NCBI GenBank assembly: GCA_963716725.1
Contig: CAVQUB010000021.1
Span: 384,440 to 448,439, forward strand
Reading direction: 5' to 3'
Length of the DNA: 64,000 nucleotides
Source: an uncultured delta proteobacterium
Lineage (GTDB): Bacteria > Myxococcota_A > Polyangia > Polyangiales > Polyangiaceae
Positions 53,148 through 62,326 of this stretch are shown here, piece after piece (position 1 is the stretch's first letter; each line of letters begins with the position of its first letter). Position numbers and translations under genes: made by a program. The notes under the pieces are model-generated. The model had not been told where the DNA came from, searched no databases, and saw only the letters and a list, made by a program, of their open reading frames with translations.

Positions 53148-53164
53148 CGTTAATCCTCCGGCAG

Positions 53165-53467
53165 TTAAATGGTTTGCACATCAATCTTGTCGTACTGCGC
53201 ATGGGTGCCAATAAAGCGGATGTATACAACCCTGTAGGTGTAGTTGATCCACACGACAAGTCGATACTTGTTCCCCGCGATATTGAACACCACTCGGCCA
53301 TCCTTGAGGATGCTGGCATTTCTGAAGTCCTGCTTTACCTCGGCAGGTGAGTTCCAGTCAGCATGCGAGGTGTGACGGTGCCAAGCCAATGTTGGCTCCT
53401 TGGCATCCTGATACTTCGGGTTCTCTTCCCAGAAGGCTTTCAGCGTCGACAGTGCGATGATTCTCAT
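53165..53467 (-). CDS. higB: HigB toxin
   Basis: MRIIALSTL, RVVFNIAGNKYRLVV, IRFIGTHAQYDKID. Confidence 0.9.
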   Translation of the reverse strand: MRIIALSTLKAFWEENPKYQDAKEPTLAWHRHTSHADWNSPAEVKQDFRNASILKDGRVVFNIAGNKYRLVVWINYTYRVVYIRFIGTHAQYDKIDVQTI

Positions 53468-53481
53468 GTATTCGTAATAGT

Positions 53482-53498
53482 AGTCCCAAAATGGGACT
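53482..53498. promoter_or_regulatory. higBA operator palindrome
   Basis: AGTCCCA-AAA-TGGGACT about 15 bp upstream of higB. Confidence 0.65.
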
Positions 53499-53634
53499 TT
53501 AGCAACAAGTTTTCGGCTAGACACAGACTTGGCCGACATCATCAACTTGGGTATCCGCATGAAATTGTGTTCGAATGAGACATTGAGTGTTTACGGATTT
53601 GTGGAAAAAGAGTTCATTTCAAGAAATTTCTGAG

Positions 53635-53719
53635 CATGGTATTTTTCATGGTATATGTTGTGCGTAGCAAGGCATAAAACATCGATACCATGAGAAGAAA
53701 ATTGAGTTTGGCATGGTAT
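53635..53719 (+). repeat. Junction J10: collapsed element lacking the core
   Basis: Left-arm context (TTTCTGAG-CATGGTATTTTTCATGGTAT) joined directly to the distal right arm (ATACCATG..CATGGTAT). Confidence 0.85.
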
Positions 53720-53769
53720 CAGGGATCTTGAACTGCAGGTGCTTTTGGGTAATCTGGAATCCGGTCAAG

Positions 53770-54287
53770 TGACTCTCGCCATTGACACCCTTTGGGTTTC
53801 TCAGATCCCTTTATACAGCTGGTAACTCGAAGTAAGGCTGCTGCCTCCATTGAGGCATCCAACACCAATCCCTATCTGTTCCGCCGCACTGAGTATTACC
53901 TGTTTGAGCAAGGCCCTCAGCCCGCTTTCGGCCATTAAAGACATGATCGGCTCCCAGACCACGAAGAGGATACATGTCCTTGCTCGTTTTGCGCCGAAGA
54001 TAGTGGAGTGCGGCGTCTGGAGTGACGGCAGCAATCTCACCACCATTGAGGCATATCCCTCGGCCTGCAAACGCTCAAAAACCATTCAGGCTCTGCGCCG
54101 GCCTTACCTCGCGCTCACTCATGCAGACTGCGAGGATGCTCTGACCTGTGCCTTAGTCGCCACTCTGTTTGCGGAAAAGCGGAGTGCTCTTATGCCGCCA
54201 GAGACTGACGTTTCCCCAAACGAGGGCTGGATATGGGTGCCCAGGGACGCTTTTGTTCAGGATGCTGCGTCATCAGACTGCACATAG
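53770..54287 (+). pseudogene. DUF429-like fragment
   Basis: TLAIDT.., IEAYPSA, DALTCAL, EGWIWVP; 5' end missing. Confidence 0.45.
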
Positions 54288-54378
54288 TACTGTGGATCTG
54301 CTAAAGGACACGAGGTGGAAAATTCAGATATATGCTTGAAATACGGCATGAATTCAGGTTTATCCGGGACCCGGTAAC

Positions 54379-54432
54379 TATATTCGGTTGATGTAATATA
54401 TGGCACAGGGTATATTCGGCTGCATGAATATA
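54379..54432. promoter_or_regulatory. Two imperfect palindromes (putative ArsR operators)
   Basis: TATATTCGGTTGATGTAATATA and TATATTCGGCTGCATGAATATA, the second overlapping the arsR ATG. Confidence 0.55.
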
Positions 54433-54777
54433 TCCCCATTAACGCTATACTCCGCCATCGCGCACGAAATACGTCTGCGCTGCCTGCTTCTTCTCCTTGA
54501 ACATGGTGAACTCTGCGTCTGCGAGCTAACGCACGCCATCGGTGCAGTTCAGCCGACCATTTCCCGTCATCTTGCTCACCTGCGTGAGGTGGAATTGGTG
54601 AGCGATCGCCGAGAGGGCCTGTGGTTCCACTATCGGATTCATCCCGAGCTCCCAGCTTGGGTAACCAACGTGTTGCGAGAAACGGCTGATGGTGTGAGTG
54701 GACTAGCACCGTTTACGGAAGACCTGGCCGCATTGAAAAACATGCCGAATCGCCCCGGCGCACCCCGGTGTGCTTGA
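54424..54777 (+). CDS. arsR: ArsR family repressor
   Basis: ELCVCEL, QPTISRHLAHLR, RREGLW. Confidence 0.9.
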   Translation: MNISPLTLYSAIAHEIRLRCLLLLLEHGELCVCELTHAIGAVQPTISRHLAHLREVELVSDRREGLWFHYRIHPELPAWVTNVLRETADGVSGLAPFTEDLAALKNMPNRPGAPRCA

Positions 54778-54844
54778 TGATGAATCGCTGTTTCGCGCCA
54801 TTCGATGTTTATCACCTGTCGTTCGGTTGTCGTAGGAACTGATC

Positions 54845-55381
54845 ATGATGGTTCAACCGTTTAACGTGCTGTTTCTCTGCACCGGCAACTCTGCCCGAAG
54901 TATCTTCGCTGAGTGCTTGGTTAATCATCTGGGCCCGGGGAGATTCCGTGGCTACAGTGCGGGCAGTCACCCAAAAGGTGAAGTCCACCCGCTGACGATC
55001 CGCGAGTTGCAACATAATGGTTTGCTTACCGATGGACTGCACAGCAAGGTCATGGCGGAATTCGAGAGGCCTGGCGCCCCGCAGATGCACTTCGTCTTCA
55101 CCGTCTGTGATCAGGCGGCCGCGGAAGTCTGTCCGGTCTGGCCAGGTCATCCGATGACGGCGCATTGGGGTGTTGAGGACCCTGCCGCCGCGAATGGTGA
55201 TGAACGCTCAAAAGAAGTGGCATTCGCGAAGGCGTTCCATGAACTTCGAAACCGTATCGACATCTTTGTCGATCTTCCGCTCAAATCCTTCAGTGAGCCG
55301 CGTTTAAAGGAAAAACTGGGGGAAATTGGCCGTGTTGCGCTGGCGAACCCCGGCCCCGAAGAAAAGGGAGACGGACGATGA
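54845..55381 (+). CDS. arsC: Arsenate reductase (LMW-PTP type)
   Basis: LFLCTGNSARS, TVCDQAAAEVCPVWPG, HWGVEDPA. Confidence 0.9.
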   Translation: MMVQPFNVLFLCTGNSARSIFAECLVNHLGPGRFRGYSAGSHPKGEVHPLTIRELQHNGLLTDGLHSKVMAEFERPGAPQMHFVFTVCDQAAAEVCPVWPGHPMTAHWGVEDPAAANGDERSKEVAFAKAFHELRNRIDIFVDLPLKSFSEPRLKEKLGEIGRVALANPGPEEKGDGR

Positions 55382-56481
55382 GTGCCCAATGTGAAGTGAC
55401 CGCCAAACGGGCTGCGGGCAGCTCGATGAGTTTGTTCGAGCGTTACCTGACGGTGTGGGTTGGGCTGTGCATCATCGTGGGCATCGCGCTGGGGCACTGG
55501 TTCCCGGCGCCATTCCAGTCTATCGGCCAGATGGAACTGGCGCAGGTGAACCTGCCGGTGGCCGTGCTGATATGGCTCATGATCATCCCGATGCTGCTGA
55601 AGGTCGACTTCGGGGCCTTGCACCAGGTGAAGGAACACTGGCGGGGCATTGGCGTGACGCTGTTCATCAACTGGGCAGTTAAGCCTTTCTCGATGGCCTT
55701 GCTCGGCTGGCTTTTTATCCGTGTTGTCTTTGCTCCATACCTTCCGAGTAATCAGCTCGATGCCTATATCGCCGGATTGATTCTGCTTGCGGCCGCTCCC
55801 TGTACGGCCATGGTTTTCGTCTGGAGCCGCCTTTCAGATGGTGACGCCAACTTCACTCTGACCCAGGTGGCCTTGAACGACACCATCATGGTCTTTGCGT
55901 TCGCACCGATCGTCGGACTTCTACTCGGCCTGTCAGCGATCACCGTGCCCTGGGATACGCTCTTCCTGTCGGTCGTGCTCTATATCCTGTTGCCGGTGCT
56001 CTTCGCCCAGTGGTGGCGGCAACGCCTGCTCAACCAGGGTGGAGAAGCGGTTTTGAAGACGTGGCTCGATCAACTGCATCCGCTCTCGCTTGCTGCACTG
56101 TTGGCAACGCTGGTACTGCTGTTCGGTTTCCAGGGTGAGCAAATCATCAGCCAGCCGCTGGTCATCGTCATGCTTGCGGTGCCGATCCTGATCCAGGTCT
56201 ACTTCAACTCCGGTCTGGCCTATCTGCTGAATCGCCGCTTTGGCGTGGCGCACTGCGTGGCCGCTCCCTCGGCCCTGATCGGTGCGAGCAACTTTTTTGA
56301 ACTCGCGGTTGCCGCGGCTATCGTCCTGTTCGGTTTCGATTCGGGCGCGGCGCTCGCGACCGTGGTCGGTGTGCTCGTGGAAGTGCCGGTGATGCTGTCG
56401 GTGGTGAAAATCGTCAACGCCACGCGGGACTGGTACGAACGCGGTGCCATAACGACCAACACCTACGAGGAAGACAAATGA
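55378..56481 (+). CDS. acr3: Arsenite efflux transporter ACR3
   Basis: FERYLTVWV, AAAPCTAMVFVWS, GASNFFELAVA, GVLVEVPVML. Confidence 0.93.
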   Translation: MSAQCEVTAKRAAGSSMSLFERYLTVWVGLCIIVGIALGHWFPAPFQSIGQMELAQVNLPVAVLIWLMIIPMLLKVDFGALHQVKEHWRGIGVTLFINWAVKPFSMALLGWLFIRVVFAPYLPSNQLDAYIAGLILLAAAPCTAMVFVWSRLSDGDANFTLTQVALNDTIMVFAFAPIVGLLLGLSAITVPWDTLFLSVVLYILLPVLFAQWWRQRLLNQGGEAVLKTWLDQLHPLSLAALLATLVLLFGFQGEQIISQPLVIVMLAVPILIQVYFNSGLAYLLNRRFGVAHCVAAPSALIGASNFFELAVAAAIVLFGFDSGAALATVVGVLVEVPVMLSVVKIVNATRDWYERGAITTNTYEEDK

Positions 56482-56835
56482 GAAAAGTACTGCTGTATGA
56501 CGATTCGCGCACGGCGCTCACCTCACGTTTGTACTTCATGCTCAAGCTCTACAGCTTCAAAATGGACCGGGTCAAGATTCTCGATGGCGGCACACTCGCG
56601 TGGTCGGCCTTCAATGATCTGGAGAAAGACCCGGTCGAGCACCGCCCGGTACGGTGACCCTGAAGCCTGCCAACCCCGATTTGCTGGTCGAGTGGACGGG
56701 ACGTCTACGACGATGTCGTCTCGCGCCGGGAACCCAATGTCGTACTGCTCGACGCTCGTCCTAAGGATATTTACACCGGCGAGGTGATGCGTCACTCGAT
56801 CCAGGGCGGGCACATCCCGGGAGCGGTCAACATTT
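56478..56835 (+). pseudogene. Rhodanese/sulfurtransferase fragment
   Basis: VLLYDD..SRLYFML..VKILDGG; LLDARP..YTGE..GGHIPGAVNI; frameshifted. Confidence 0.7.
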
Positions 56836-56883
56836 GTAATGAAGGTTTGTACGGATATGCATCGTCGGGTGGGTATTGCGAAA

Positions 56884-58501
56884 GGTAACTTATCTAAACG
56901 GTAAAAGGTGTTGGCGCCGGGTGTAGTTACATTATGATGTAGTGGCTCAACATGCAGCGCCATACTGATTGATTTTTCCCCAAAACTGTTCCCAACGATT
57001 AGACCGCTCCAGGGTTCGCGGACTCAGGATGATGGAGGCACCTTTCTCATTCCACTTCATACCCGATTGGCATAAGCGTTGTTTGACAATCATTTTACAA
57101 GCCGCTTCGGTAACACCCGAGCCTATCGGCAAGACCTGCTTAACCAGTGAATAATACCGCATTCTGGCTTTCTGATGAGTGAAATAGGTAACAGCCTTTT
57201 GGAGCTTCTCACGGTTGCTTGTGGATAATTTCCCCACTAACTTTTCTTCGAGCTCTTTCAGTATCCGTCCCGCCGCCCCCTTGAGATGCTTGAGTTTGTG
57301 GCACCGTTCGTCCAACCACTGCTTTTTGCGGGCAGCATCGCGCTTGCCCGGGAACAGCGCCTCACCGGCTTGCGCCAGATATTCGGTCGCATGCCAGAAA
57401 TCGGTCACCTGGATCGAGGTATGTTGGTTCAAAAATGACCCGTTATCCGTCGCACCATCCGCCAAGCCGATATACCGGGCGTCGGGATAGAGTTGCTTGG
57501 TGTGGGCGATTTCCTGGCGCAGGCGCTCCAGAAAACTGGCCTTGCCGTATTCGGGGGTGGCGCCGATATAGGTCGTATGCAATCGCTCACCGGCACTGTC
57601 ATAGAGCGCCACGGTGCCCACCATGGCGATGCGGTAGCCTTGTTCTCGGAGGTAGATCGTGGTGCCGTCCAGGCCGATACTGACCGTGGCCACCGGTGAG
57701 TCCAGGGGCGGTGTCGCATAGTGCCACTGTTCTTCTTTTGCTTGCGCCAGCGCACCCACCGTCTCTGTGACCTTCTGGATATAACCGCGCGACAGCGCCC
57801 GGCCATGGTTGCTTTGCAGATCCGTTTTCACCTCATCGACGCTGAGCTTCGAGTATTTATGCGACAGCAACTTCGCCAGTTTCGGGGTCGCCCCTTGAAT
57901 GATCCGGGCATCGCGTTCCAAGGGACAAAAGGTCGCCCCACCCTGGGGGCTTTGGTAGACATGGCGTTTGACCCGCGTCTCACCGTAGGGGGTCTGGTAA
58001 GGTTTTTCCACCTGCCCTTTGCTCGTCAGTTTGGTGCTGCCCATTTGGATGGGACTGCCGTCGGTATCAAAGCACTTTAAGAGCTCACCGGTGGCCAAGG
58101 TACCCGCTTCGTTCAGGGCTTGCTCAATGTGTCCCTCTCCCTCCAGCATGGAGCGTGTGAACGGGAGCGTTATTTCGATAACCAGGGTATCCTCTGTGCA
58201 AGAGGTAATTTTGGCAGTCATTTGCGTTCACTTTCTTAAGGTAATTTCGAGAAAGTGTATCATGCCAATTGATAAATCGGTAGAATTATTACATCATGTT
58301 GTAGCTACACCCTTGGCGCCGGCGTTTATGAGTACCGGATTGATTTCGGTCCTGGTTATCGGATCTATTTTTGGCAAGGATTGGGACCGGTTGGTGGTAT
58401 TGCTGGCGGGTGGCACCAAGAAGCGCCAGGACGCCGATATTGCCGCCGCGAAAGAGCACTGGCGTGACTACAAGCGCCGGAAACGGCAAGAGGTGACATG
58501 A
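56884..58501 (+). pseudogene. Second addiction-module toxin: 5'-deleted, IS-interrupted, frameshifted
   Basis: 56884-56918 plus 58321-58501 align with 30267-30479. Confidence 0.85.
56919..58312 (-). mobile_element. ISKra4-family IS (transposase 56947-58221)
   Basis: TIRs GGGTGTAGTTACATTATGATGTA / GGGTGTAGCTACAACATGATGTA; 8-bp TSD TTGGCGCC; DGA, DFWHATEYL, PIGSGVTEAACK, GMKW. Confidence 0.9.
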
Positions 58502-58824
58502 TGGCTCTGACAAAAGATTTTAAGGACACCATTCAAGTACGCGCCCAGCGGGATCCCGCGTTTCGCAAGGCCCTGCTGCAAGAAGGGGTCGAATGCCTGC
58601 TTGCCGGTGATGTCGATACCGGCAAGGCAGTGCTGCGCGACTATATCAACGCGACGATCGGGTTTGAGGAACTCTCCCGGGTTTTCGAAAAGTCGAGCAA
58701 GAGTCTCATGCGCATGTTCGGGCCGAAAGGGAATCCCCAGGCCAGCAACCTGTTTGCGGTGATCCATTACCTGCAGGAGCAGGAGGGTATCCACCTGGAA
58801 GTCAAAGCCCGGAAGGTAGCCTAG
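58498..58824 (+). CDS. Addiction-module antitoxin, second copy (intact)
   Basis: 103 of 108 aa identical to 30476-30802 by direct comparison. Confidence 0.88.
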   Translation: MMALTKDFKDTIQVRAQRDPAFRKALLQEGVECLLAGDVDTGKAVLRDYINATIGFEELSRVFEKSSKSLMRMFGPKGNPQASNLFAVIHYLQEQEGIHLEVKARKVA

Positions 58825-58887
58825 AGAATTGCTGTGCGGCAGCGTTCAATCGGCAATTTTTCCGAGCATTTGGCAGGATTTTCTGAA

Positions 58888-59132
58888 CATGGTATTTTTC
58901 ATGGTATTACCATATACATCAACAATTAAGCCATTGATATTAAATTGAAAAAATGGCTCGTTTACAATCGAGTGGGGTAACCGGAATTTTTAAACATTGA
59001 TTTATAATAATTAAAATAATCTAATCGACAATATAATCTGCATCATCAATGGTATTTTTCATGGTATTTCACGCGCGCTGTAACGCAAAAACCAGTGATA
59101 CCATGAGAGGTAGATTGGTGCTGCCATGGTAT
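58888..59132 (+). repeat. Junction J11: full attP-like element (245 bp), core ATCGAGTGGGGTAA
   Basis: Doublet 58888; IHF match TAAGCCATTGATA; core at 58967; right arm to 59132. Confidence 0.88.
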
Positions 59133-59170
59133 TGAGGGCGCTCGGCTGAGTATGCATATTGATGACCGCT

Positions 59171-60409
59171 TTACGAGCCCCAGAGTGTGGACAGGGGAGC
59201 AGCCCATAGGTTGCTACCCAGAGGCATTGTTTCATCACCATCGTACAGCAGCACACCTGCTGTGAACTGATCACCGGACAGGCTGGCGAGTTTTTTCAAT
59301 CCACGCAGATCTCGCTCTTTAACGGTGGCAGAGACTTTTACTTCGACGCCGACCAGTTGTCCTGCGCTGTTCTCAATCACGACATCAACCTCGAACTTGT
59401 CCGCATCCCTGTAGTACAGTAGCCGATAGTCATCATCAGAGGTTGTCGTGTGTTTGAGTAGTTCACCTAACACAAAGCTCTCCAGAATGTGGTCGTAGCC
59501 TGTTTTGTCCAACTGAACATCTTTGTGGCTGATGCTGGTGAGCATGCCCAACAAACCGGAATCGATGAACTGTAGCTTGGGAGTTTTGACCACGCGTTTC
59601 AAGCGATTGCGTGCCCATACATCAATACGTTTGAGAAGGTACATTTGTTCAAAGACACTGATGTAGCGAGAGACTGTCTTGCCATCGAGACTGACTTGAC
59701 CGCCTAACTCGGAGTAGTTGCACATCTGACCAGCGGTCTGCGCCAGTGCGCGTAGAAAGCGTGGCAACTGATCAAGTTTATCGATTTCGGCGACATCGCG
59801 GACGTCGCGTTGAATAATGGCATCGATGTATTGTCGAGCCCAGGTTATACGACGTTTCGCCGTTGGCCGTGCAACCGCTTCCGGGTAGCCACCGCGTAAT
59901 ACACGTGCGACCAGTTCTTTGCCCAGTACAGGAGGGTCCGCTGTCAGTACTTTTCCGGCAAAAATACTGTCTATCCAGTTCGCTGGTCTGTTCTCGATTT
60001 CGCTCTGCGATAAAGGCAACAGCAACAGGGTTTCCATGCGCCCGGCCAGTGAATCCGCAATCTTGGGCAGCGCCATCAGGTTGGCCGAGCCAGTCAGCAA
60101 AAACCGTCCGGGGCGGCGATCCTCATCGACAGTATTTTTGATCTCCAGAAGCAACTGGGGTACTCGCTGGATTTCATCAATGACGGCGCGATCCAGATTG
60201 CGAATCATGCCGACTGGATCTTCATGCGCCGACAACAATGTCAGTTCATCATCCAGGGTCAGGTAGTACAGTCCACGCTCGGCGAATTGACGCACGAGGG
60301 TTGTCTTGCCAGCCTGACGTGGTCCTGCGAGCAGAACCACTGGGGTATCCAGTAAAGCTTCATCAATTCGTGGTTCAATCCAGCGGGGATACAGGGATGA
60401 TGTATTCAT
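59171..60409 (-). CDS. AAA+ ATPase with DUF4143 (second, divergent)
   Basis: GPRQAGKTT, IDEIQ, LTGSAN, KTPKL.F.DSG, YRD..KFEVD.V.E..VEVK. Confidence 0.9.
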   Translation of the reverse strand: MNTSSLYPRWIEPRIDEALLDTPVVLLAGPRQAGKTTLVRQFAERGLYYLTLDDELTLLSAHEDPVGMIRNLDRAVIDEIQRVPQLLLEIKNTVDEDRRPGRFLLTGSANLMALPKIADSLAGRMETLLLLPLSQSEIENRPANWIDSIFAGKVLTADPPVLGKELVARVLRGGYPEAVARPTAKRRITWARQYIDAIIQRDVRDVAEIDKLDQLPRFLRALAQTAGQMCNYSELGGQVSLDGKTVSRYISVFEQMYLLKRIDVWARNRLKRVVKTPKLQFIDSGLLGMLTSISHKDVQLDKTGYDHILESFVLGELLKHTTTSDDDYRLLYYRDADKFEVDVVIENSAGQLVGVEVKVSATVKERDLRGLKKLASLSGDQFTAGVLLYDGDETMPLGSNLWAAPLSTLWGS

Positions 60410-60578
60410 ACGAATACAACATCGTAAATTACGGAATTAAACAACGAAAAAAACGGAATGTATAGGCGATAAATCTGGAGAGAAAAAGGTAGGCATAAGC
60501 CCGGCTAAAAACAGGGGAGAACTTTGAAACTGAAATTGGAGTAATCGTTTTCAGTAACGATTAGCAGGAATTTCTGAA

Positions 60579-60672
60579 CATGGTATTTTTCATGGTATCG
60601 GCGCATACACCAGAAATAACAGCATTGAAAATACAGGATTTTTCAGGCTTATTTATAATCGAGTGGGAGTAG
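60579..60672 (+). repeat. Junction J12: left arm plus core; right arm absent or degenerate
   Basis: Doublet 60579; core ATCGAGTGGGAGTAG 60658-60672. Confidence 0.88.
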
Positions 60673-61007
60673 GGTGTTTTAATAACTTGTTACTTATAAT
60701 AAAGAAAAATGTTTAGATTGATGTTTTGATCACATTCTCAACGAGGTTGCAAACCCTGAGTACTAATGACCTGCCTGAGCCTCGTGAGGTAGTTCTCTCG
60801 TTTCCGATCGCTGAAAGTGTCGCTGAGTAGTCAGACAACTGCGGTGTAATCGGTTGCAGAAGGCATTGCCGCATCTCGGGGTGGTCAGCTTGAGTTTGAG
60901 AGGTTGGTAATCTCATATTTGATCAATCAGAGGCAATGATTTTTTGACCACGTCCCTAGAGCGAGAGAATCTTAACCGCACTAAATGAAATTCTGATTAT
61001 CTCCACC

Positions 61008-62213
61008 CTAGAATGTGACGCCGACCCAGGCGCCAATGACGACGGCGTCGTCGATCTCGCCAGTGCCGCCGGGTTTCTGGATGTATTGGATCGATGGCTG
61101 GATGTAGAAGCTGGGAATGATTTGGATGCGGTGCGCGAGCTCGTACACCGCTTCAAAGTCCTTGCTCTCGCCGAGCGACAGGCCATATTCATCGCTGAAC
61201 TGGCCATAGGTGGCGTAAAATATGGTGCGGTCATCCTGCCGCGAGGAAATCAACCCCTTGTAGATGGCACCGATACTGGCCTGGAAAGGCGTCTTGGCGA
61301 CTTGATCCTGATCGGAATAGGCCAGCAGGCCGAACAGCTTGAGCCCATCGGCAACCTCGACGTCGGCATGGCCATAAACGCGTACGAGATGGTCCGTAGT
61401 GCCGGCACCGTCGAAATTATTGAAGTCGAAGAACGCATTGGCTACACCGACATAGACGCGGGCCGGGCGGCCGAACACCTCAGGCGTCCAGTCATATTGG
61501 GCAAGAATGGTGACGCCGTCGTCGCTGCGAATGCCGAAGTCGAGGCCATGGTCGTTGAAGTCCCACATGTCTTCGCCAATCTGATAGGCACCGAGCTGGA
61601 ACTGATGCTGCTCCGAAAGGTTGTATTTCAGGCGCGCACCCCAGACGGAATACGGGAAGGACGTGAAGGCGTTTTCAAGCAGAAACGCGCGGATGGGACC
61701 GTTGATTGCCGTGCTTAGCGAATAACCGTAGAGCGGCGACGTAGCAAAGTCCTGATCGGCGGATACCCGCCCGAGCTTAAGCGCCCAGGCATCGCCAAAG
61801 GTCTTTTCCAGCCAGAGATCGTATAGGTAGTTGGTCTGACCACCGAAGATGGTCATGGGATCGTAGACCCCGCCTACGGAATCGCCGATGCTGTTGCCAT
61901 GACGATTAACATAGGAAATCTTGAAGGTTGTCCCATCCAGGCCCATCAGCTTTTCAAGATCCATGTTGAACCCTGCGTAGATTTGCCCTGTGAAGTCCTC
62001 GTCGGATTCGATTCCGCCGGAAACATTCGCTGCGAAGATCGAGTCGTAGACGATGAAAGGCGAAACGCCTGAATCCTCGAGTGAATCGCGGAGCCCCGCC
62101 CAATTACCGGTAAGCCGGTCTCGTTCATACCAGGATCCGGATGCCGGCTGCGCCGTTTCGGCCATGGCAATGCTGGATGACAACAACAGGGTGATAGCGA
62201 GTAGTTTTTTCAT
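61008..62213 (-). CDS. Carbohydrate-selective porin (OprB family)
   Basis: Signal peptide, LTGNWAGLR..L.D.G, IQPSIQYI.KPGG, terminal F. Confidence 0.85.
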   Translation of the reverse strand: MKKLLAITLLLSSSIAMAETAQPASGSWYERDRLTGNWAGLRDSLEDSGVSPFIVYDSIFAANVSGGIESDEDFTGQIYAGFNMDLEKLMGLDGTTFKISYVNRHGNSIGDSVGGVYDPMTIFGGQTNYLYDLWLEKTFGDAWALKLGRVSADQDFATSPLYGYSLSTAINGPIRAFLLENAFTSFPYSVWGARLKYNLSEQHQFQLGAYQIGEDMWDFNDHGLDFGIRSDDGVTILAQYDWTPEVFGRPARVYVGVANAFFDFNNFDGAGTTDHLVRVYGHADVEVADGLKLFGLLAYSDQDQVAKTPFQASIGAIYKGLISSRQDDRTIFYATYGQFSDEYGLSLGESKDFEAVYELAHRIQIIPSFYIQPSIQYIQKPGGTGEIDDAVVIGAWVGVTF

Positions 62214-62326
62214 TTGATATGCCTCACATGCTTCATTTACGCGTTACGGCACTGTGATACGGTCCGGTTGAACAACACACGCGCTTCGAAAGGTTGGAAA
62301 AAGCCTGTCGAAACCGGCGTTACTTG

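Noticed and set aside
6237..60672. CRISPR array interpretation of the recurring repeats
   Set aside because: Repeats are kilobases apart and separated by genes rather than 30-40-nt spacers; no cas genes.
6237..60672. Classical integron (attC) array
   Set aside because: No intI; junctions are not RYYYAAC..GTTRRRY hairpins; the core is the guaA 3' end; modules are multigenic, in both orientations and carry their own promoters.
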